From Paraspadella gotoi (lineage: Eukaryota; Animalia; Chaetognatha), in the NCBI GenBank assembly GCA_051294375.1, contig CM119271.1:2432677-2496676 (forward strand): a stretch of DNA of 64,000 bases, given 5' to 3'. Position numbers and translations under genes: made by a program. Positions within the stretch are counted from its first letter, which is position 1. Every line of letters starts with the position of its first letter. Under the pieces are notes generated by a model. That model ran no database searches and had not been told where the DNA came from. It worked only from the letters and a program-made list of their open reading frames with translations. Shown piece after piece: positions 31,228-43,500 of this stretch.

Positions 31228-31577
31228 CTCTACCTTTATATATTTGCGCTGCGCTATATCGACATTTAACTAGCTTCTAATACGCTTTTAAAGTTAGTTG
31301 AAACTACTACGCTAACTGACAAAAGCTCGAAACATTAAACAAATGAAAATGTACACAAAATTCTGAAATAAAAAAAAATCAACATCAGAAATAATGGTTG
31401 TGATGTAATGAAACTGAAATTTTTTGTTTTCTTTTTTTTTTATTAAACTTGTCGCGTAACAACAAATGAAAGCCTAAAACTGAGTAGCAAAGAAACAAAA
31501 AAGGAATAGAACTCTGAACTGGAAAAAAAATCTTCTCTTCAAAGTTGAAACTTTTTTTTTTCCTCCCCAGAAAATCG

Positions 31578-32259
<682 letters not shown>

Positions 32260-33340
32260 TTTTGTCGGTTTTTAATCAGCGGGCGTTTTAAGAAAAATAT
32301 GTACTTTTGATATATTGTCTTTAGTTTTATCAATACCTCTTTTTTTTCATAATAATAATCTGGAACCGAAAAGTAAAAACGAACAAGATGAAAAAAAACA
32401 CGTCTAAAATAGTCGATAACGAAGGGTTAAAATCATATGCATGATCGCACAGATGGCAAAACAGTTTTTAATATCAAATGTTTAAACATTAATGCCGATA
32501 GGAAAAAGAGTAAAATACTGTTGAACAATTTATACTGAGAATTCAGTACAATGAAAAAATAAAAACGTTTAAGACTTTCTTAAAAATCTTACATGATTTA
32601 TTTTTTTAATGTGGTATGAAATATCGCAAATAGTCTGCGCGATACGATAAACATTGCATTATCGTAAAAAAAAAATACGTAAAGCTCTATTAGAACAATA
32701 TATAAAATAATTCATTAAACGAAGTTGACAAATCGTCTTAGAAGAGTCTTTCTTTTTATTTCGTTTCTTAGCTAAATACTAAAAGCCATGATTAAAATCC
32801 GTATACCGCGCGGTGCTTTAAAACATGATCCAAACAAAGCCACCTATATGACGTCTGCAGTTTAGACGGATAAAAACTAACGAGAATAAAAAGTTTTCAG
32901 TTGTCCAATGTTAGGATTTATAACGGAAAAAGGGAACCCTGGTTTGGACGCGTCCAACCCGACGAAACGTGACGGGATAAAAACGAAATAACACGAACGT
33001 TGGAACGAATTAACAATGTAAAAAGATGAAAATGTGTAAAAAGTCCCCAGACAAAAAAAGTATCTTTACTTTAAATAAAATCAAAAATGATAAACGAAAG
33101 AGATCATTTTAAAGATGGTTTAAATATGCTGTTCTGATATATCTAAATCTACCGTAAAAACGCAATGTAATAAAAGAAACGTCACCAAAAAAAATAAATA
33201 AAACTATTTCTGTCATAAAAAGAACTTCAATCTTTAACTGGAAGCCAAGGCTTCTTCACTACAAAAGGCATAAGCTTATTAAGCACTAGTCATAATGCAC
33301 TAGGATAATGCCCCCTTAACTCCCCTCCGAGTCTCTCATC

Positions 33341-36300
33341 TCAGCGAGCCTTGCCGACGAAGAGTCCAAGCAAGCGTCGACCCACAACGGGCTCGATCTC
33401 CTGACCTTCCCTACTAATCTTGACCTGCTTTCCCTCGTTCCAGGGATTGGCCAGGTTGTTTGTCTCGTTAAATGAGACGTCCTTCCTGGCCACCCACTCG
33501 ATGGGGAAGGCCCCGCCGCAGTTGGCGCCGAAAAAGGCGGATAGATCGGGGTCGGAGCGGGAAGCGGAAGGTATGGCACGCATGCGCGCCACGCCGAGGA
33601 AGCGCGAAGTGACGGGGAAGGAAAAGACGAGAAAGACGTTCTTGCCAGAGGAGAAAGCGCGGCAGAGCTTGCGCTCGGTGATGATCCCTGTTGCCCAAAC
33701 ATTCTTGGATACGGCGTAGTCGTAAACCTGGCGTTTTAGAAACGAATATTATTATTTTGTATTATTTTGTTGTAATTTCTTGATTTTGAAAACGATTAGT
33801 ACTTTCATATAAACGCATCAAATTTGTTGTCTGTTATTATGAGGGCCTACCTCGCTGCTACGCGGCTTGACGACAAAAAAGGCCTCCACGTGGAAGGGAT
33901 CCTGCGCGGAAGGCCGCTCCGCGTTAGCTGCGGCAGCGGCGGCGGCGGCAAGAGCTTTATAAGCCCCCTGCCTGTCGGGGATCTTGGCGGACGTAAAGGT
34001 GGGCGGCGGCATGGATGGGTCGAAGTGATTACTGACTAAGTAAGAGTTTTCGAGTTGAGGCAGAGTGCGCTGGAACTGATGCGAGACAATGTTTGATAAA
34101 ACGGGAGAATAAAATCTTATAATTAACTTAAGAAATAATTCGACCTCTCACCGAATGTCTTCCCGAGTTGGTGGAGGCGATTGACGGATTAAAAACCGGC
34201 AGCATGGAGATCTGCTGTTCGAGCATGGCGAGGTTAAACTCTGGCGCAATTCCGGCGGCAACGGCGAACCGCTCGGCCTGCTGCGGTGCCAGGGCGGCCG
34301 CCGTCTGTGGAAATTTGTGCTGCGCGCGGGAGGCGCCGAAGTCTACGTGCATCTGGCGCGGTCGCTGGCCGATCCCGCTGGGCTGTTGGAGCCCGGTGGA
34401 GTTTTCCTCATTGCAGAGGAGTCGCTCAACCGAAGTGAGGACGTATTGATCAAGAGCAGTCCATCCTTTAAAAGGAGCGGAAGGAGAAGTTATAATAGGC
34501 CTTAAAGAGTAGCTGTGTCCCCCTCCCGCCACCAACCCCCTTCATCACACCGACCTTTACCCGGCTGCCTCATCCTCCGCATCACCAGGGCGTGAAACTT
34601 GACCCTCAAGCACTGCAGCAGGTAGAGTGAGCTGTAGTCCATCACGAAAGAAATCCAATCGTCTATTTTGAGCCTCTTCACTTCCTGGGCTCCGTCGATC
34701 TCAGCCTCCTTGACGCCGTCGATGGCGCCGGGACTGGACAACGCTCCTCCGCCGTTGACGCCGCCACCGCCGGGCTCGTCGCTCATGGTAAGATGGCGCG
34801 TGGTGCCGGCGAACAAGCCGACGGTGATGGCGGAGACAGCGGTGCAGCAGCGGATGGTGGCGTGGCGGTGAGATTTGCAGACCCGCTCGAAGATGAGCCA
34901 ATCGGTGGGCAGGGCGGCGATTGTCTGCTGATGGGCGGCGTCTATGGTGTCGCCGTCGCTCGTCGGCGGTTGATAGAGAACGGAGGAAGAGTGGAAACGG
35001 ATCTTGCCCTCTTTGGGGCAGACGGCCTCGCCGCGGGCGCGGTCAACGCGGAGCAGGTTGGGATACAGTCCCGCGCAGAGGGCGCCCTTTACCATCGGCC
35101 AACGCTCGCTGTTGGCGTTGAGGTCGCGCATATCGCCGCCGCCGCGGCTGTGGATAAACTTGAGTGCGCGGAGCTCCTGGGAATATAAGGAATAAAAATA
35201 GAAGAATAAAGTCGCTACAATTCCGCACCCTTTTTCTCATTTTAAACCTTTCCCCCCCTTTTTTTTTAAATCTCCACAAACTCAAAGAACCTGCAGCAAC
35301 TTGGTCCTGATGTCGAAGATGACCCTCATCGTGGAGGAGGACACGAAGTTCCTCTCGCAGAACTTGACCTCCATCTCGGTGCCGCGGCGGAAGGAGCGGT
35401 CGCGCTCCGTGTTCCGGTTCCACTCCTGGAAGACGCGGAGCAGGGCCACGTGATCGGAGAAGGTGCGGTCGGCGAGGTCGACGCGAGCGCGGGCGGCGAG
35501 GCGCTTTTGAGACGGATGCAGGGGAAGCACGAAAGGGTCGCGATAGGCCAGGGCGGAGGCGATGGTGAGAACCTGTGGTGTGGGGGGGAAATACGAGAAG
35601 TTGGATTAGTTATATTTACTGTAAATATCGAAAATGTAAATGTATTAGCCCGCTTTAAATATAAAAGCTGTTATGAATTTCGAAAGAATATCAATATTAT
35701 ATTATAATTTAACACTTTAGACATTTTTATCTCGATTATGAACTATTAATGAAAAGAATTAATTAATAAATAGAATTAAAACCAAGAATTTTACCCTAAG
35801 TTTAACCGCTCCCACTGTTTACCGGGTCAACGCAGCGGAGTATGATCGAGTAAAGAACCATCTTTCCCAGATGCGGTGGGAGAGGCAAGTCGGCCAAATG
35901 GCTCCCCAATTCCGTCAGTTCTTCCTTCTTGTCGAGGGCATCGATGTTTTTGAGGGAGACGATGGCGCTCTGAATGGCGGAAAAGGCCGGGGGGCTGGGG
36001 GCCTGACGGAAGGAGGGGCGTTAAATAAAATAATAAGGAAGCTTTCAGTTTCAGACAAAAAGTTAAAATTTAAGTTTAAATAGAAAAATCTTTAAAAAAA
36101 TTTCAAACCCCAAGAAAATCCCATACATATCCAATACGTAAAACGGATAACAAAATCACGACACAAAATTGGATAACAAAATCACGACGAAGCGATTAAA
36201 AAAAAAATAAGATAAAAACTAAATATTATATATAAAGACCAACTTACCCGCGACAAATAATTCGTGATGGAGACTTCCGATCCGGCGATGACCTTGGCGT

Positions 36301-39300
36301 GCAAGCACAACTCCTCTAGCGGCTCCCTCTGAATTTCCGGCAACACGGACTCGGCGAACGTGTTGAAGCGGGACATGCTGTAGAGCCGGTAGCAGGAGCC
36401 GGGCACCACGCGACCCGCGCGAGCCTCGCGGTATTTGGCGTTGATCTTGGCGATCCAGTTCGAGGACTTGTAAGCGGGCGAGGAGACGTCGCAGGCCTTT
36501 TCGCGACATTTGCCCGAGTCGATGACGATGGTGACGTCGTCGATGGTGACGCTCGTCTCCGCGATGTCCGTCGCCAGGACGATCTTGCGGGGGCCGGGAA
36601 TGGAGTGCTCGAATACTTGGTGAAGCATCGGCGTCTCGCCTCTGAGAAAAACGAAAAAAACATGTTTCGAAACTGAGAAGCCAGATAGAAGCTAGAGAGA
36701 GAGAGAAAGCCTCGAATCTGGTACAGAGCCTCACTTAGTTTACAGCTTCACTTACTCCTATTATGGGCTCAGCCAATCAGCGCTCGTTTATTCGGCCAAC
36801 GACAGATCGATGAATGGGGGAAAACCAAAGGGTCTTAAAGAAAAAGACGCTTGAAACAAAAGCCAACTCCGACCACGTTTTTTGGGAAGGAAAATCTCGA
36901 TAGAATATAAGTCGGAAACAAAGCAAATTTTCTATGTGCATAACGTTATATTTTATAATATAAAAAATTTAAAAGTAAGAATTTAGAAACTTTTTGCAAA
37001 TTATGAGATATTGCAAAAAAAATACGTCAAAAAAAAAATCAAATCTCAGCAGTATAACATAACCTTCAGTCATTTCCAACATACATACAAATAAAATCCC
37101 TCTTAATTACCTAGCGGGAGTAGCTTGCAGCTTGGAATGGAGAAAGAGCACCTTGACCCTGGACGAGTTGGCAACGAAGGACTGAGCGTTGAGGGCGTCG
37201 CTGGTCCGTATAATTTCGTCATAGCCGGGCAGAAAGACCAAAACCGAGCCACTGGTTTTGTCGTGCTCCAGCACGTACTTGACTAGCTCCACCAGCAGAT
37301 CTATGTCAACCTGCTCGTCGTCGAAGCAGGCGTAGTACACCCCGAGCCGCTGCTCCGTCTCCTTGGCGCCGACTCCGCCGCCGGGTTTCTCGCCGTCCTC
37401 GCCACGAAGGATCGTGTTGCCGTCGATGGGCGTGACCCGCTCGTTCTCCATGAAGGATTGGAGCATTTCCACCACGTCGGCCTTTTCCGCGCCGCGCGCA
37501 AAGTCGAACGCCGTCTTCTCCGTGACTTTGGTCTTGAGCATGACCGAGGCGCCGAGACGTAGCAGGCGCTGGACCGAGGGGAGGTGCCCGGCCTTGCAGA
37601 CGGCCATGAGGGGAGTGACGCCCGAGTGGGAGTGGGCGTAGTCGACGCTGACGTTGTCGCTCAGAACGAGGCAGAAGAGCTGATCGAAGTTGTCCTCGTT
37701 GTCGAGGTCTTCCTCGAGGATGTTGTTGATGATTTGGTCCATGTCGCGGACGACTTGCGGGTCGATCTGGGGCAGGCATTTGCGAGGGGCGGAGTCGTCC
37801 GTGATTTTCTTGGATTTCGTAAAAATAAAACATTTCAATCATAACACAAGCAATTCGGTTAGTTTGAAAAAAAAAGGTCGAATTTTCCAATTTTTTGAAA
37901 AATTTTAAAATTGTCGCGAGTCCTCAAAATAAATGGCCTCAAAAGTTTACACACAATGTGTCACACATTAGTATAGATAGGTCGTTTATACTGTTATTTT
38001 AAATATTTTTACATTTCCTGATAGGAAATGATGTAAATAATGTTGATGCAACATTTCCAATCAATCGATTCACGAATTGAAAAATAATCTACAAAAAATG
38101 GTCATTTTTCACGACTAATTTTCAAAACAAATCCGAGTTCGTTAAATTTTCTTTTTGGTTCCACCTTCTTGAAATTTTTAGCTTCGGCCGAGGAATATGA
38201 AACATAACAATTTAAAAGGCCTCAATGATGAGAAGCCATATCTAAATTTTTAGCTTCCTATGGTTACACACTTGAGCAATTTCCAATGTTAAAACAGCGT
38301 GACGACGACGGCACAAAGAAGCAATACTAAATGGTTATATCTACGCCGAAGACGGACCTAAGCCCGTCTGGCGAGATAAAAAAAAATCAAACCAAATTTT
38401 CCCCTCAATATGCAAATAAGATTTTAACAACGAAACGAAAGGAACCTCATAACACAAAGGAAAAAGAATAAAAAAATGAAATAAATCTCACCTGTTCCGT
38501 CTCCCTCGCGCCGCGCCCCTGACTCCGCTCCAACTTTTTCATCCTCTCCGTGGAGTAACCCGTCAGCTCCAGCACGTCTTCCAAGAAGAAGACCTCGACG
38601 GGCTGGACCCTCGCCGGGATGTCGATGAGCGGGCATCCGCCGAAATACTTTTGAAACTCGACCATGTCGGGCGTCGAGGCCATCAGGATGAGACGGAGGT
38701 TGGGGTTTTTGACCAAAAGGGTGCGCAGCTCGATGGCGAGAAAGTCAGAGATCCGGTTGCGTTCGTGAACTTCGTCCATGATCACGTGGGTCACGTGCGC
38801 AATCTGAACGAGGGAGACAGAGTTGCGCTATTATTTTTAACGGGACAAGCCCGAGTAAGAAGAAGAAAGTTTGTTGTTTTAACATTTAAATTAGTAATTA
38901 CCTTCGTCAAAAGTAGTAAATCACAAAACTATCCAAGCAGCATTTTTCTAACATTTAGGGACACCAACCCATTAAGTCCAGCATCTTTTCAATTCTCATC
39001 AATCTACCTGCGATTCCTCGCTTCCCATGATCGTCCGCAGCAGCACCCGATAGGTGCAGAGAGTGCAAACTGTTCTCGGCGACAACTTGGACTCGAGTCG
39101 GACTTGATATCCGATGGTCTGACCAATAGGCTCGCCGCGCTCAACAGCGATGCGTTCGGAGACTGTCATGGCGGACAGTCGACGCGGCTGGGTGCAGATG
39201 ATGCGGCAGGGCTCGTTACGCAGTTCGCACGTCTCCATGATGAACTGCGGGACCTGAGTGGATTTGCCACTCCCGCTCGCGCCAGATATGATGATGACCT

Positions 39301-39814
39301 GGTTGTTCCAGATACTCTGAACGATCTGATTACGCATGCCCCAAATGGGCAGGGTTTTGCGGTAGTCGTCGAAACGGTTCGTCAACGCCGGCGGGACCCG
39401 CTGCGGGATGCCGCTGTTGATGCGACCGCTTGTCTGGCGGCCGTCTTGGCCCATGATGGCGCCTTTCTGGCGGATGAAGGTCGATGGGAGCGGAAGCAAT
39501 TCCTGGCGCTCCAGATGGTTAATGGGGCATTGGGAAAGAAGCGAGAAGATTTCCTTTCTCGAATTGCTCGTCAGAGTGAGATCGGCCGGGGTGAGGAGGT
39601 AGCTGCCTTCCGTCTTGACCAGGGTGATGAGCTTTCGCAAGCCCTGCCCCGCGCACTTTGCCCCTATGCCCTGCAGGCGGCAGAAACTCTGGATAAAGTC
39701 CTGCTCGGCCGGAGTGTAGGACCCCGGAAGAGAAAGTTCCAACTTTGATTCGTCTTCAGTGAATTTTTTTAAAAATCGCGCGAGTTCGAAAAGAAGATTA
39801 GCGTTGGACGCCAT
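33341..39814 (-). CDS. YTHDC2: YTHDC2 paralog A: degenerate R3H, DExH helicase with altered motifs III/V/VI, ankyrin insert, HA2, OB-fold, C-terminal YTH domain
   Basis: GASGSGKSTQVPQ, DEVHER, ankyrin GVTPLMAVCKAG, FLPGYDEI, ATDIAETS, YREARAGR, GIGQRP, YTH (NVWAT...IEWV...NPWNEGKQVKISREGQE); ten in-frame exons traced. Confidence 0.9.
37925..38385 (+). mobile_element. HINE/DINE-1-like non-autonomous element remnant in a YTHDC2-A intron
   Basis: Repeated aaatttttagcttc, short gacgacgac tract, terminal stem-loop tatct(a)cgcc..agacgg...ccgtctggcgagata followed by an A run. The left boundary is approximate. Confidence 0.5.
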
Positions 39815-40557
39815 GTCTGTGCCTAAAAAAAAGTAAAACAGCGTTCGAAAGAAACGGTATTATCACAATTTTTGGGAGAAGGAGAAAAAGGGAGTGACAT
39901 TGTGCGTTGTAACGATAAACAATGATTATTTCTTAAATAAAATTAATAATTCATGGACCCAAGGTTAACGAGGAACCTTTAAACAGACAGAATAAAATCA
40001 ACAATAGCAACTCGACAACTGTCATTAAAACTAAAACGCTTTCCTGCCGTTTCTGATCCGCTAGTCTACATACTAAGTCTAAGAAGACTCGATTCCACTG
40101 GACTGAGATCAAACGGTCAAAATCTATCGCGAAGTGAAAATCGTCACCAATTTGAATAACAGATCAAAAAAAAATTAATACAGTAAAAAAATAGATTTTC
40201 CGAGATAACCGTTTTAAATTTAGACGAAACCAAAGAGGAACAAAATTTATTAAAACTGAGGTATCATTCTCAAAATGAAGAAATCGTAATCGTAATCGTT
40301 ACGTGCTTCGGACTAAGAATAAACAATCTAAATGAAAAAAATATGACGTAGTCACGTACACAACGCACCGAAAAAAACACCGAATTTTTTTTTTTAAACT
40401 CAAGAAGTTTAGTACAAAATCAAATATCTTAAAAAAATCCTAATAATCAATATTTTTATCATCTCTCTGTTTTCGATCTTGTTGGCTCACCTTCACAGTA
40501 AAATATTGTAAAAATAAAATGGGTATATTTCCTTCAATCAAAAAAAACCATCCAAGT

Positions 40558-43500
40558 TTAAGAAGGCGCCACTCCCGACCTTTCCAAGCAAGCGGCCTCT
40601 TCCTCGCAAACAACTCTCTTCACCAAATCAATAGCATCGTCTTCCTTCTTCCCCGCTCCTTCGCCCTTTAAAAGCTTCATCAACGCCTCGTGGATCCGGG
40701 TTTTCAAGAAGCGCAGTGCGTCGGAGGTCTCCGCATCGACGCCAAACCGAATCCAATCGTCGACCACGAAAAAGTTCAATGTTGTTGTTGTTGTTGTTCG
40801 ATCAGTTATAGAGTCATTGGCGGCGCCACTGTCGCCGCCCGGTTCGACGCCGCTTTGGGAGGCGAGATATTTCGCCAGAGGATTCTTCGCCGCCGCCTCG
40901 TTGTCTTCTTCTTCCTCCTCTTCATCCTCCTCCTCCTCAACCCGCTCACCTCGGATCAAGAACCGACTGCTTCCGGTGAACAGCGCCACGCTTAGGGAGG
41001 AAACGCAGGTGGCCTGCTTGACGGCGGCGTGCCTCGAAGACTTGGCCAGCTCCTCGTAAAATACGTAGGAGAAAGGGACGGTCAGGACAGCCATTTGGTG
41101 ATTAACGCCGCCGCCGCTACCGCCGCCGTTGCTAGAGGCGGACGGATGCATCACCGATGAAGCGTGGAAGCGAACATTGTTCTCTCTCGGAGCCGAGAGT
41201 TGGTTGCGAGTGTGGTCGACGCGCAGGAGATTGGGATATCTAGAAGTTGAGGAAAAAACATTTTAAAATTTTAAAAAGCTAAGCAATTGTGTTTTTAATG
41301 TAGTAATTACCTCCCCGCGCACAACACCGCCTTGACAACCGGCCATGACAGGCCGTTTTTGTTGAGCCGGCCCAGCTCATCGTGTCCTTTGATGAGACCC
41401 AATGATATAAGTTCGTGGGTGATCTTCGTCTTGGTCTCTTTGATGACCCTTAACACCGACGACGACAAAAAGTATCGATCACAAAAGAGGTTCTCCTGCC
41501 TATGATTTCCAGACAACAGGACCCACTCTCGATACGCCTGCAGCAGGGCGAAGTGATCGCTGAAGGTCTCTTGGGCCAGATTAGCCTTTTCCATCGCCGC
41601 TCGTTTTCTCTGTCCCGGATTGATTGGCAGCACGAAGGGCTCCTTGTAGGCCAGGGCGGAAACGATGACGAGCACGGGATCGAGACAGCGGAACGCCAAA
41701 GCGAACAGCACCGTCTTGCCCAGGTGCGGCGGAAGCGGCATCTCCGCCAAACGGGCGCCCATTTCTGTCAGTTCCTCGTCGTCGTCGAGAGCGTCCATCT
41801 TTTGCAAGTTAGCGACGGCGGACTTGATTGTCGAGAGGGCGGGAGGGTCGGGAGCCGAGGTGAGATACTCGTCGATGGAGACTCGCCCGCGAGAAAGCAA
41901 TTTAGTGTGGAGGCACAACTCTTCGAGCGGAACCCGCATGATCTCGGGCACAGCGTGCTCCTGGAAGCTGTCGAAACGCTGACGGCTGAAGAGGCGGTAA
42001 CAGATGCCAGGGGCGCAGCGGCCAGCTCGGCCGCGACGCTGAAGCGCGCTGGCGCGGGAGATCCAGTTGGACTTCAGAAGAGATAGAGAAGTCATCGAGT
42101 CGAAGGCCGTCTCTTTAACTTTGCCAGAGTCGATGACGACGGTGACGTCGTCGATGGTCAGACTCGTCTCCGCGATGTTCGTTGAAAGGATGACCTTACG
42201 GACACCGCGCGGGGGACGCTCGAAAACCTGTCGGGCGATCAATTAGAGCTGGTGAATGTAACCTAAAGGTAAACTGACGAAACCTTTCGCATAGTCTTTT
42301 CGTCACCTGCCAGTGCTCCTTGGTCTGCAGCTTGGAATGCAGCACCAGGATTCGCAGCTGCACGAAGCGTTGGTCGACCGAGGCCAAAGAATACTTCATC
42401 TGCATGATCTCGTCGTAGCCGGGGAGAAAGACGAGGATGGCGCCGCCGTCGACAGAGTTTTGGAGAATGTGCTTGATGAGGAGGAGGCAGAGATCGAAGT
42501 CGATCTGTTCGTCGTCGAAGCGGGCGTGGTAGCGATCCAGCATTTCCTGGCGGTTTAAAAATAAGGGGGTGGTCGCTTTTAAAAATAAGGGAGTGGTCGC
42601 TTTTAAAAATAAGGGGGTGGTCGCTTTTAAAAATAAGGGGCTGGTGTGGCAGCAAGACTTAAAGCTGCCTCACTGCTATCTGTCCTCAGCCTCGTCTCAA
42701 TGGCTGAGCAGGCTAAATCATCTCATTCCATCCATGCGTCCCGGGTTCAATCCCTGGGTATCCCGGTTCTGGCTTAAATGTGACGGTGCCGGTATAAACA
42801 TGCCAGTGACAGGAGGCGGTCACTAAGGGTCCGCAGCCCCTACGCCAGTTGGTGAGATACCCCGCGCCCCGGGTATCACAGGCTATCCTCCCGTTCCAAA
42901 AGTGGTGAGCCCTACTCTCGAACACGCAACCGCTGCGCACCGTGCGCCCACGCTAACGTCGCTTAGGGTATGCATATCACGCCTATGCCCTACTTCTCTG
43001 GTAACGCTCCAGACTCGCTCGCTCGCCCGCTCTCACTATGGCAATGAGATCAAAACCTTCTCTCAGACATCTCCTCAGGATTGAGGCCCCTGTGGAAAAG
43101 TCTGGTGGGGGGATCCTGTGGCAGCAAGACTTAAAGCTGCCTCACTGCTGTCCGTCATCAGCCTCGTCTCAATGGCTGAGCAGGCTAAATCATCTCATTC
43201 CATCCATGCGTCCCGGGTTCAATCCCTGGGTATCCCGGTTCTGGCTTAAATGTGACGGTGCCGGTATAAACATGCCAGTGACAGGAGGCGGTCACTGAGG
43301 GTCCGCAGCCCCAACGCCAGTTGGTGAGATACCCCGCGCCCCGGGTATCACAGGCTATCCTCCCGTTGCCATACTGGTCGCTTTTAATGATTTTTGTTTG
43401 TAAATATCATCCGAATGTTGTTTACCTTAACTCGCGGACTTATGATAGACGTTTCGGACTTGGCGTCGACTTTCTTTTTTCCCGACACCGCCTCGACAAG

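Noticed and set aside
42547-42644. CRISPR-like array
   Set aside because: Head-to-tail units without unique spacers, in a eukaryotic intron.
42694-42765. Functional tRNA gene
   Set aside because: A/B boxes and T-arm are present but there is no acceptor or anticodon stem; it is part of an LTR.
42800-42900. Hammerhead or twister ribozyme in the TRIM LTR (retrozyme hypothesis)
   Set aside because: CUGAGGG is not followed by a helix and GAAA; GGUCCGCAGCCC only loosely resembles twister P4, and the other required elements are missing.
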